Below, piece by piece: positions 1 to 7,098 of a stretch of DNA of 11,498 bases. Under the pieces are notes generated by a model. It saw only the letters and a list, made by a program, of their open reading frames with translations. It was not told the DNA's origin and did not search any database. The translations under genes were made by a program, and so were the position numbers. Where the stretch lies: the IMG/VR virus record IMGVR_UViG_2698536395_000021; one strand, given 5' to 3'. This DNA is from a virus. Lineage: Duplodnaviria > Heunggongvirae > Uroviricota > Caudoviricetes. Each line of letters begins with the position of its first letter. The stretch's first letter is position 1.

Positions 1-351
1 GCCTGCGATGCCCTGCAGATGGCGCTGTGGCGGCGTAAGAGGCCCCGGAACGTTATCGTTCACACGGACCGTGGAGGCCAGTACTGTTCAGCAGATTATC
101 AGGCGCAACTGAAGCGGCATAATCTGCGTGGAAGTATGAGCGCAAAAGGTTGCTGCTACGATAATGCCTGCGTGGAAAGCTTCTTTCATTCGCTGAAAGT
201 GGAATGTATCCATGGAGAACACTTTATCAGCCGGGAAATAATGCGGGCAACGGTGTTTAATTATATCGAATGTGATTACAATCGGTGGCGGCGGCACAGT
301 TGGTGTGGCGGCCTCAGTCCGGAACAATTTGAAAACAAGAACCTCGCTTAG
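1..351 (+). CDS. IS3-family transposase OrfB (DDE integrase core), C-terminal part; 5' end outside window
   Basis: Frame is open from base 1; the listed ATG at 19 is internal. Translation ...[55 protein letters not shown]...[19 protein letters not shown] matches the conserved C-terminus of IS3-family OrfB (IS2/IS3/IS600 pattern; IS600 assignment from memory). Confidence 0.9.
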
Positions 352-381
352 GCCTGTGTCCATATTACGTGGGTAGGATCA
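1..381 (+). mobile_element. Right end of an IS3-family insertion sequence (IS600-like), cut by the window edge; terminus placed at ...GTGGGTAGGATCA (381)
   Basis: Seen: transposase C-terminus in frame 1 from base 1; sequence 369-381 GTGGGTAGGATCA resembles the IS3-family right terminus (reverse complement of the TGATCnTACCCA left-end consensus, recalled from memory). GC-richer than the downstream cassette. Exact IR length not determined. Confidence 0.8.
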
Positions 382-502
382 CGCAGGGGTCGGCCCATTT
401 GAGCTTCAGATAGGAACGTTTGAATTCCTTTCACAAAATACATCACATACTGAACGTGAACATTCCCACTTTGATCTTAAGGCCAAAAAGTATGCAGGAC
501 TA

Positions 503-2221
503 ATGATTTTTAGGGATAGCTTGAGAGTATTACCTTATGGTCGAGTAGATAATGATTTCTTCCAGATAGAAGAAAGACGTTCATGGAATGCAGGGCGATA
601 TTATTGGTCTAATAGAAGGATTTTTGGTTATATTGGAATTACTCAATCCAGTAATAAAGAGCTGAAAGATAAGTCGGGGAGAGAGGGATTCATAAGAAAC
701 CAGGCTGCAAGAGAACTGAAAACTATTATATCTAATTTGTTAACTGAACTTGCTGATAGATTTTTTGGTTCACGTTCTGATGACCGTAAAGAGCTTTTAG
801 AACAAGTTAAGCGTGAAAAAGAGTTAAGAAAATCTGCTCAACAACAAGCTCGAAAATCAACACAAAAAAGTTTTTCAGAAGCTTTGAAGAATCAGACACC
901 AGTTCTTGATGCTTCCTTGGAGGCTGTTAAAAGGCTGAAAACTAAGCTTGATAAAACTGATGGTTCGTTAGATTTAAACTATCTTAAAATTATAGACAGT
1001 GATCTTACAAACTTAGATGCGTTGCGCAGTGAAATTAAAACGCCTATCAAACCTCCAAAACTTGGAATGTATGAAGAGAAATATAGAGACTACAGAGATA
1101 AATTTAATGAGTTCTCTGCGTATATTCTACAAATGAAGTTAGCAATTAATAAACTTGATTCTGAATTAAATAAACTTGAGCCTTCATTGTCAGCGAAAAA
1201 TCACCTTGAAAAAAATCAAGGTATTATTAATTCTAAACTAACTAAGTTTAATAACACGATAGAGGAGAAGATACATTCTCTTTTAAAAAAATGGGCCGAT
1301 GAAATAAAGGTTGATCGAAGTGATTATTATGCTAAAACTATATCAGTTGTTGATTCAATAGATAATGATTCACAAATTGAAAATGTGTTTAATTTGCTCG
1401 ATAGTTTATATGTTGAGTCAGTTGATACCCTAACTTTCAAATATCAATCAATAATAAAAGGTCTCGATAGATTATTTGAAGGTATAAACTTAGATTCAGC
1501 ATTCTCATTATCTGAAGAAGAACGCTCATATTTTGAAGAAAAAGCTAAAAGTTTAAACGCGCTTGCACAGTTAGGTATTAGTGTTGAGATAATATCTCAT
1601 GAACTTGAAGAAATGGATTCTATGGTAACCAGAGGACTAAACTCTCTTCCTACTTCTGTAAAAGAACACCCTGGTTTTTCATTGGCGTTAAATGCTCACA
1701 GATCGCTTACTCAACAAATACGTTTCTTATCACCTTTGAAAATATCAGGTTATCAATCCAGGCAGAGAATAACTGGAAAAAATATCATGGATTATGTCCT
1801 GAAGTTCTTTGGGGAGCGTTTCGAACGGCAACGAATAACTATTGAATTTAGTGAAGAGTTTAAGCAAATCGCAATAACAGATATACCATTAAGGATCTAT
1901 CCTGTTTTTACTAATATTATCAACAATGCAATGTATTGGGTCAGTCTGTCAAATAATAGGCTCATAAAGATTGGTTTTGTGAATTCTTTGGTTATCATAG
2001 CAAATTCTGGTCCGGCAATTGATACCGATGATATCCCGCGACTATTTGAACTATTTTATAGCAAAAGAGCAAATGGACATGGGGTAGGTCTGTATCTATG
2101 TCGAGAAAACCTTGCTGTTGCACATCATAAAATATGGTATTCAGAACCTGATGAAGGCGATAACTATTTAATAAAAGATGGCGCTAATTTTGTGATCCAG
2201 TTCAATGGAGTGGAGTTCTAA
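503..2221 (+). CDS. Soluble histidine-kinase-like protein: N-terminal domain, long coiled coil, DHp-like His-box, C-terminal HATPase_c; possibly N-terminally truncated by the upstream IS
   Basis: 572 aa ORF, AGGA 4 nt upstream of ATG. No obvious TM segments. Coiled-coil-like region (KELLEQVKREKELRKSAQQQARK...). His-box-like ISHELEEM. HATPase_c motifs in order: N-box VFTNIINNAMYW, G1-like IANSGPAID, F-box-like LFELFYSKR, G2 GHGVGLYL. Motifs seen directly; domain assignment is by comparison with the histidine-kinase consensus from memory. Confidence 0.8.
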   Translation: MIFRDSLRVLPYGRVDNDFFQIEERRSWNAGRYYWSNRRIFGYIGITQSSNKELKDKSGREGFIRNQAARELKTIISNLLTELADRFFGSRSDDRKELLEQVKREKELRKSAQQQARKSTQKSFSEALKNQTPVLDASLEAVKRLKTKLDKTDGSLDLNYLKIIDSDLTNLDALRSEIKTPIKPPKLGMYEEKYRDYRDKFNEFSAYILQMKLAINKLDSELNKLEPSLSAKNHLEKNQGIINSKLTKFNNTIEEKIHSLLKKWADEIKVDRSDYYAKTISVVDSIDNDSQIENVFNLLDSLYVESVDTLTFKYQSIIKGLDRLFEGINLDSAFSLSEEERSYFEEKAKSLNALAQLGISVEIISHELEEMDSMVTRGLNSLPTSVKEHPGFSLALNAHRSLTQQIRFLSPLKISGYQSRQRITGKNIMDYVLKFFGERFERQRITIEFSEEFKQIAITDIPLRIYPVFTNIINNAMYWVSLSNNRLIKIGFVNSLVIIANSGPAIDTDDIPRLFELFYSKRANGHGVGLYLCRENLAVAHHKIWYSEPDEGDNYLIKDGANFVIQFNGVEF

Positions 2222-2222
2222 T

Positions 2223-3971
2223 ATGACAGTGGCAAATTATAATTCTCTTGTCCAGAAAACTTTCTGCGAAAATGCAATTCGTTCCGTTGTCATGATTGAT
2301 GACGATTTTCTGACGTATTCTGAATCAATCAGGGCGTTGAATAACGAAGTTGATTTAGACTACAACAAAATTGACTCATCTAAACGAGCCGCTACTCTTG
2401 AGAGCTTTTTTCAATCTAAAAATATGATTTGTGATGTTGACAATGGTTCTGTTAATTTCGATGTGGATCGGATTAGAAAATCAGATCTTATTATTGTAGA
2501 TTATCATCTTGATAATAATGCACCTGATAAAACACTTAAACTATTACAAGATTTGAAAGACTCCGATCATTTAAATATGATTGTAATATATACTAGAGAG
2601 AATTTAGAAACGGTTTGGATGCAGATATCATCGACTCTCAAAGGTGCTCTGGATATCAACAGCTTGATCATTGACTACGATAATGAAGATGTCCAAAGTT
2701 ATTGGGAAGACGTTGTATTACCGAACTTAAATGATAATGGTAATAAAGCTCTCACAAGAGATGAAATAATAGCCTATATTAAAGACAGTAAGCCTTGTAG
2801 AAGAATTAAAAGATTAATACATGATGATGCTGTGTTGGAGGATCAAAAGGATAAAAACTTCATTGCAAAAATGATTGCAGAATATGCTGTGTCTAGAAAT
2901 GCAATTATTTCTAGCAACACATCTGGCAATGTCATTCGGGGTGATGAAAGCGGAGTAAAATGGATTCAATGTGGTAATATCTTTGTCTCCCTATTTCATA
3001 AGGTTCAAGATGATCATGAAAACGATGGAGATAGGATTTGGCAAACTCTCAATGATTCTCTCATTGAATGGAAACCATCTTATTATCAGTTAATAAAATC
3101 TGAAATTCAGAATGCAATCGAAGCTGAGGCTTTATCTTTTGTAAATCATTTGGCTAACGATCATTACGGTCAAGCTGCGTGGTTAAATGAGATATTAAAA
3201 TCAGACTCGCCTGATATTAGATGTAGAAATATTGACTTTGTATTTGGTAATTTATCAGAAGAGCTTTATCAAAGACTTAAAAATAATAATACGCTGGATG
3301 AATTTATCAAAAGTGTTTTTGATAGCTATTCAAATGAATACGCTAACAGCGGAGTTGCTGCATTGCTCCAATATTGCTCTTCAAAAATGGATCTGCCATC
3401 AAATAATGATACTTATCACGAAATGTATCATGCTTTAAATATGAATTTGTCTTCAAAGAATTTTGAAGATGGTCATATTTCTACTGGCACTATTTTCTTT
3501 GATACAGAGTCGAACAAATGGTATTTATGTGTATCTGCGGCATGTGATTTGGTTCCTACTCAGGGTAACGACCCTCACCATGTAAGATTAAGTCCGCACA
3601 GGCTCATTAAAGTTCTGGAGCTTTTTAACGCCAGTCAGAGTAAAGCATTGCCATTTGCTGAACATTCGAAATATATATATGTAATGCATAAAAATCAAAG
3701 AAAATATCTCTCTATTTTCGAAGGGGATAAAACGCTTCCTGTTGTTGATTATATGGTGGTGTTGAATCATGGAACAACAGTTGATGGCGAAGAAAAAAAT
3801 ATTATTTCTGCCGTGTTTTTAAGTAATATGGATGGCAACGTGCAAAATGTTCCTGTCCGACTCAAACTTAAATCTCAACTGAGAACTGGTTATGCAGAAA
3901 GATATCAGGCTATAGCGTCTCAGTATAGCTCAAGGATTGGTGTGGATTATGTATCAATGATGCTACCATAA
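2223..3971 (+). CDS. Receiver (REC)-like domain protein with a large C-terminal domain of unknown function; no recognisable DNA-binding output
   Basis: Start moved from the ORF-track ATG at 2205 to ATG 2223 (MTVANYNSL...): it lies 1 nt after the upstream TAA (2219-2221) and 7 nt after GGAGTGGAG. The N-terminal ~130 aa fits a receiver fold: VVMIDDD (acidic pair), DLIIVDYHLDNN (candidate phospho-acceptor Asp), NMIVIYT (conserved Thr position), then a Lys. The remaining ~450 aa show no motif I can assign. Confidence 0.8.
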   Translation: MTVANYNSLVQKTFCENAIRSVVMIDDDFLTYSESIRALNNEVDLDYNKIDSSKRAATLESFFQSKNMICDVDNGSVNFDVDRIRKSDLIIVDYHLDNNAPDKTLKLLQDLKDSDHLNMIVIYTRENLETVWMQISSTLKGALDINSLIIDYDNEDVQSYWEDVVLPNLNDNGNKALTRDEIIAYIKDSKPCRRIKRLIHDDAVLEDQKDKNFIAKMIAEYAVSRNAIISSNTSGNVIRGDESGVKWIQCGNIFVSLFHKVQDDHENDGDRIWQTLNDSLIEWKPSYYQLIKSEIQNAIEAEALSFVNHLANDHYGQAAWLNEILKSDSPDIRCRNIDFVFGNLSEELYQRLKNNNTLDEFIKSVFDSYSNEYANSGVAALLQYCSSKMDLPSNNDTYHEMYHALNMNLSSKNFEDGHISTGTIFFDTESNKWYLCVSAACDLVPTQGNDPHHVRLSPHRLIKVLELFNASQSKALPFAEHSKYIYVMHKNQRKYLSIFEGDKTLPVVDYMVVLNHGTTVDGEEKNIISAVFLSNMDGNVQNVPVRLKLKSQLRTGYAERYQAIASQYSSRIGVDYVSMMLP

Positions 3972-4042
3972 TTATTATATTTTAGGCGTGGTGATTTTTT
4001 TTCGCCATGCCTATTTTATATTTATCATCACAATGATGTTGT

Positions 4043-4459
4043 TTATTTTTGTTTAAGTCTTCTAAGCTTCATGCATTCTAATGAGAATAATAATAGAGTT
4101 GTGCTGTATATAAAGCCAGAGTTAGTTAATAACTTTAAATTTAATGCTTCAGGATTTTCACTGAGAAAGTGAAAGGCATAAACTAAGTATACAGCTAAAG
4201 TAGCCGTTCCAATTGTTGGTCCAATATCGCCTTGATCATGAGGTTCAAGGTTTACATTGAACTTGAAGATTAGCCATTCAAATCCCCAAGTAAAAAAAAC
4301 AACTAATATCATGGCTGCGAATAATTTCGCGATGTTATCTGCTGATGGATTCATCAGAACAGATTGTTTCTGAAAAAATTCACAAAGTGAGAGTCCGAAA
4401 AAAATAAAAAAAAGTGGTCTGGAACTAAATTTTTCAAAAACTTTGAATAGGGTTTCCAT
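4043..4459 (-). CDS. Small hydrophobic membrane protein (about 4 predicted TM helices), function unknown
   Basis: 138 aa ORF with ATG start, 38 bp downstream of and co-directional with the integrase. Hydrophobic stretches PLFFIFFGLSL, LFAAMILVVFFTWGFEWLIF, ATLAVYLVYAFHF, FIYSTTLLLFSL. AT-rich like the adjacent cassette. Confidence 0.6.
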   Translation of the reverse strand: METLFKVFEKFSSRPLFFIFFGLSLCEFFQKQSVLMNPSADNIAKLFAAMILVVFFTWGFEWLIFKFNVNLEPHDQGDIGPTIGTATLAVYLVYAFHFLSENPEALNLKLLTNSGFIYSTTLLLFSLECMKLRRLKQK

Positions 4460-4497
4460 TTTCTTTACCTTCAGGATTATATTAGCTATTCTGATAC

Positions 4498-5727
4498 TTA
4501 GGCTACCAGAGCATTTGATCTTTGAGCTTGAACGTAATCACTCCACCATTGCATCAAACTCTGTCGCTCTATCAGATATTCTGCACGATTGTATGCTGCG
4601 ATAATTTCATCTTTTTTCGAGTGGGCAAGCGCTGCCTCAAGAACTTCAGCTCTGAATTTACCAGACTCCTCTGCCGCTGTTCGTGCAATAGAACGCATAC
4701 CGTGAGCTACAAGCTCGCCTCCGAACCCCATTCGGATGATAGCTGCGTTGGCTGTTTGTTCATGCATATGATTAAGAGGCGCTTTTATGCTGGGGAAAAC
4801 CCATTCTCTATGCCCACTTATTGATTTCATTAATTCAAGGATGCGCAAAGCTTCTTTACTCAAAGGAACTTTGTGAAGCTTTTTCATTTTCATGAAATCA
4901 GCAGGAATGTTCCAAATGCTGTTGGTTGTATCAATATCAGACCACCTTGCGCGAACGGCTTCACCCGGACGAACCCATGTCAACAATTGCCATTCAATTA
5001 GCATACGTGTTTCCAACCGGATTGACGCATTCGTCAAAGATTCCATAAACCTTGGCAATTCGCTTGGGGGAAGGGCAGGCATATTTTGCTTTTTTGGTTT
5101 ACTGAATCTTTGACCAAGGTTGTCAGCCGGGTTGAACTCAATAAGTTCTTCAGTAGCTGCCCACCGGAAGATTTCATTCAGACGTGAAATGATACGGCGT
5201 AGAGTTTCCAATACGCCTCGTTGCTCAATAGGATCAAGGTGTTGTTTTAAGAGCTTAGGTCGGATCTCATTGATAGGGACATTACCCAGACCGGGAAAGA
5301 CATTTCTCTCTAAGCTGCGCCAGATGTCTGCTGCATGGTCTTGTGAGATACCTGATGTCTTTACCTTCTCATCTAACCATTTCCGCGCTACGGCTTGGAG
5401 AGTGTGCTCAGTAGCACTCTTTAATGCCTTCGCCTTATCGTTGTTATGGATTTGGGGATCAACACCATTTGCCAGAAAGGAGAGATATTCATCACGTAAG
5501 GCTCTGGCTCTTGCAAGGGTAAGGTGAGGATATGTCCCAAGGCTCATTTTGGTTCTTTTCTTGCTCACGGGTACTGCATACCTGAAATACCAATTTTTCT
5601 TGCCTCCTTTCGCCAAAGGAGCGATTCGTAGAATCAGACCATCACCGTCAAACAAGTTGATTTCTTTATCGGCTGGCTTGGTGCTTTTGATTTCAGTGTC
5701 AGTGAGCTTCTTAGCGATTTTTGCCAT
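4498..5727 (-). CDS. int: P4-type tyrosine integrase (IntA/CP4-57-like)
   Basis: Start taken at the ATG at 5727 (MAKIAKKLTDTEIK...), which has GAGG 8 nt upstream and aligns with the N-terminus of E. coli IntA as I recall it; the ORF-track start at 5769 has no SD. Matches include DGDGL, ADIWRSLERNVFP, ALRILELMK, HGMRSIARTAA, LAHSKKDEIIAAYNRAEYLIERQSLMQWW. Confidence 0.92.
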   Translation of the reverse strand: MAKIAKKLTDTEIKSTKPADKEINLFDGDGLILRIAPLAKGGKKNWYFRYAVPVSKKRTKMSLGTYPHLTLARARALRDEYLSFLANGVDPQIHNNDKAKALKSATEHTLQAVARKWLDEKVKTSGISQDHAADIWRSLERNVFPGLGNVPINEIRPKLLKQHLDPIEQRGVLETLRRIISRLNEIFRWAATEELIEFNPADNLGQRFSKPKKQNMPALPPSELPRFMESLTNASIRLETRMLIEWQLLTWVRPGEAVRARWSDIDTTNSIWNIPADFMKMKKLHKVPLSKEALRILELMKSISGHREWVFPSIKAPLNHMHEQTANAAIIRMGFGGELVAHGMRSIARTAAEESGKFRAEVLEAALAHSKKDEIIAAYNRAEYLIERQSLMQWWSDYVQAQRSNALVA

Positions 5728-5824
5728 TTTGGGACCCTCGGTTTTTGGACCCTTCTTAGTGGGTCCCATTCAGGGTGCCATAACTCGTAGTTCTCAGCAA
5801 TTCTCACTGGACGACAATAGACGT

Positions 5825-5856
5825 AAAAAAGCCCGCAGAGCTTGTGCTGTGTGGGC
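5825..5856 (-). terminator. Rho-independent terminator on the minus strand, between the ssrA-like core and the integrase
   Basis: Minus-strand RNA reads GCCCACA-(loop CAGCACAAGCUC)-UGCGGGC then UUUUUU. Stem has 4 G-C pairs, one A/C mismatch, then 2 more pairs. The plus strand has the A-tract before the hairpin, so it is minus-specific. Confidence 0.5.
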
Positions 5857-5891
5857 TTAGTAGACTTCATTGAACTTCAAACAACTAAAAA

Positions 5892-5916
5892 GTGGAGCTG
5901 GCGGGAGTTGAACCCG
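5892..5916 (-). other. Attachment-site core: 25-bp copy of the 3' end of tmRNA (ssrA), without the rest of the gene
   Basis: Minus strand reads CGGGTTCAACTCCCGCCAGCTCCAC, identical to the E. coli ssrA T-arm/acceptor 3' segment as I recall it. The CCA end is replaced by TTTTT, and upstream sequence does not continue as tmRNA; no 5' acceptor partner within 400 bp. Lies about 165 bp upstream of the P4-type int start. Confidence 0.7.
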
Positions 5917-5975
5917 TGCCCGAGCAATGCTTAACCCATTGAATAACAATGCATTCTCTGTTTAAAAATGCCTCA

Positions 5976-5997
5976 AGTGCATTTTGAGTGCATTTTC
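5976..5997. repeat. Perfect tandem direct repeat of an 11-bp unit (AGTGCATTTTG / AGTGCATTTTC)
   Basis: Seen directly at 5976-5986 and 5987-5997, about 60 bp from the att core on the prophage side; a related AATGCATTCTCTG lies at 5948-5960. Confidence 0.5.
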
Positions 5998-6025
5998 TGG
6001 TCCTCTCTTGGTCCATACAACGAGA

Positions 6026-6967
6026 TTAAGTGGCCACTTGAAGTTCCGGCCCTGCGTCGCTATCTATTAACGGCTGACCTTGAACCATTTTTTCAACCAT
6101 ATCGTTTGAAGGATATGGAACCCCGAGCTCAACCGTATTAGGGTTGGAACGGTGGGTTTCAACAAACGATGTTCCGTTCCATTTTTTTGAAAGGTAGATT
6201 ATTCCTTCAAAGGCTGCAGGGTCCTGTTTCTGAGACTCTAAGATCATGTGGAAGCCACGACGTTCTATCCCGCGTAAGAAGCTGGAGAAGCACTCCCTCA
6301 GTAATTCGTCATCCAAATCCTTGAACTTGATACCCTGCGCAAGAAACTCGAAATAATTAAGAATATATAAAAGGCCATTGATGGCATCCCTGTACTCATC
6401 GGGGACCTTCATATTCTTGTATTCTTCTTTGTCTGGGTTGCAGCGCCACTCTGATAGTTCTTGTGGTACATAACGCATGCCCCGATAGAATTTGGTGCTG
6501 TTCCGAAGCTGTTTTTGGTACTCCGGGCTTGTTCGGGTGTTAATGATCATGTTCAGCGTGTGGGACCTGCGCGTGTTAGCAGCGGACGTTATGCATTGTA
6601 TCCACCATCCCATTCCAACGAGCATTCCTGTAACCATGATCGAAAGCGATGTTTGATAGGCCGGTGTGTACCTTAAAATTGCATATCCAATAAGGATAAT
6701 CACATAACAAACAGTGCTGAACATAGGAAGAAATTCTGCAGTGTCTGGATAGCGTTTTTTGATGAAGCAGAAGATAGAAGATATTGCTGCACCAGAACCA
6801 GCAATGACGATCAGCCAATCAATGATGGCGATGCTAAATGGTAGTTTTCCAGGGTAGATATAAGTAAAAAGTGCTCTGACAATCATCATTAGAGCAAAAA
6901 TTGTAGCGCTGACGTTGACTAATGTTCTCGCCATCTTATTGATTCCTATAACAAAAGACCTCCGCAT
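6026..6967 (-). CDS. Membrane protein: N-terminal about 4 TM helices plus about 180 aa soluble C-terminal domain; function unknown (prophage cargo or moron candidate)
   Basis: 313 aa ORF with ATG start (alternative Met 12 codons in, MARTLVNV...). Hydrophobic segments ATIFALMMIV, AIIDWLIVIAGSGAAISSIFCFI, MFSTVCYVIILIGYAIL, SIMVTGMLVGMGWWI, then a charged C-terminal domain. Sits between the lambda-type int 3' end and the att core. Confidence 0.75.
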   Translation of the reverse strand: MRRSFVIGINKMARTLVNVSATIFALMMIVRALFTYIYPGKLPFSIAIIDWLIVIAGSGAAISSIFCFIKKRYPDTAEFLPMFSTVCYVIILIGYAILRYTPAYQTSLSIMVTGMLVGMGWWIQCITSAANTRRSHTLNMIINTRTSPEYQKQLRNSTKFYRGMRYVPQELSEWRCNPDKEEYKNMKVPDEYRDAINGLLYILNYFEFLAQGIKFKDLDDELLRECFSSFLRGIERRGFHMILESQKQDPAAFEGIIYLSKKWNGTSFVETHRSNPNTVELGVPYPSNDMVEKMVQGQPLIDSDAGPELQVAT

Positions 6968-7012
6968 GGGAGGCCTTATTGTGCTAATGGAGGTTTGTTT
7001 TAAAATTTTAGG

Positions 7013-7098
7013 TTGTAGTTAACCTTCACCGAAACCTACGGTCAGTGTCTTTTTCATAGTGTTCACTCCAGTTGTGGTGCTTCGCCGATACCTACGTT
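7013..7098. repeat. Imperfect direct repeat of about 30 bp (TTGTAGTTAACCTTCACCGAAACCTACGGT ... TTGTGGTG-CTTCGCCGATACCTACGTT), copies about 57 bp apart
   Basis: Seen directly; the 17-bp cores CTTCACCGAAACCTACG (7024-7040) and CTTCGCCGATACCTACG (7080-7096) differ at 2 positions. Lies in the 450-bp AT-rich non-coding gap between the 313-aa gene start and the int stop. Confidence 0.5.

Noticed and set aside
88-363. 91-aa minus-strand ORF
   Set aside because: Lies antisense inside the IS3-family transposase gene, whose product is clearly recognisable; treated as an antisense artefact.
2205-2222. ORF-track start (ATG 2205) for the REC-like gene
   Set aside because: No SD upstream and it would overlap the kinase gene by 17 nt; ATG 2223 sits 7 nt after GGAGTGGAG and 1 nt after the upstream stop.
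3232-3770. 68-aa plus-strand and 60-aa minus-strand ORFs inside the REC-effector gene
   Set aside because: Alternative-frame or antisense ORFs in AT-rich coding sequence; no independent start signals.
3972-4042. Possible bidirectional terminator between the convergent genes (GGCGTGG...T-run...CCATGCC)
   Set aside because: Stem is short and imperfect with a long loop; not convincing enough to annotate.
5728-5769. Upstream ATG (5769) as the integrase start
   Set aside because: No SD, and it adds 14 residues absent from IntA-type integrases; the ATG at 5727 has GAGG at the right spacing.
4522-5860. Plus-strand ORFs of 100, 73, 135 and 103 aa
   Set aside because: All lie antisense to the well-supported P4-type integrase gene, or in its upstream leader, and have low-complexity Ser/Arg/Cys-rich translations.
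5634-5870. 78-aa minus-strand ORF overlapping the integrase 5' end
   Set aside because: Out of frame with the integrase and spans the terminator hairpin; unlikely to be coding.
5976-5997. CRISPR array
   Set aside because: Only two 11-bp units in direct tandem with no spacers; not CRISPR-like.
5892-6260. A complete tmRNA or tRNA gene at the ssrA-like sequence
   Set aside because: Only about 25 nt match the ssrA 3' end; no complementary 5' acceptor strand or tmRNA body follows, and the position is occupied by the 313-aa ORF.
6461-6818. 71-aa plus-strand and 80-aa minus-strand ORFs
   Set aside because: Antisense to, or in an alternative frame of, the 313-aa membrane-protein gene.
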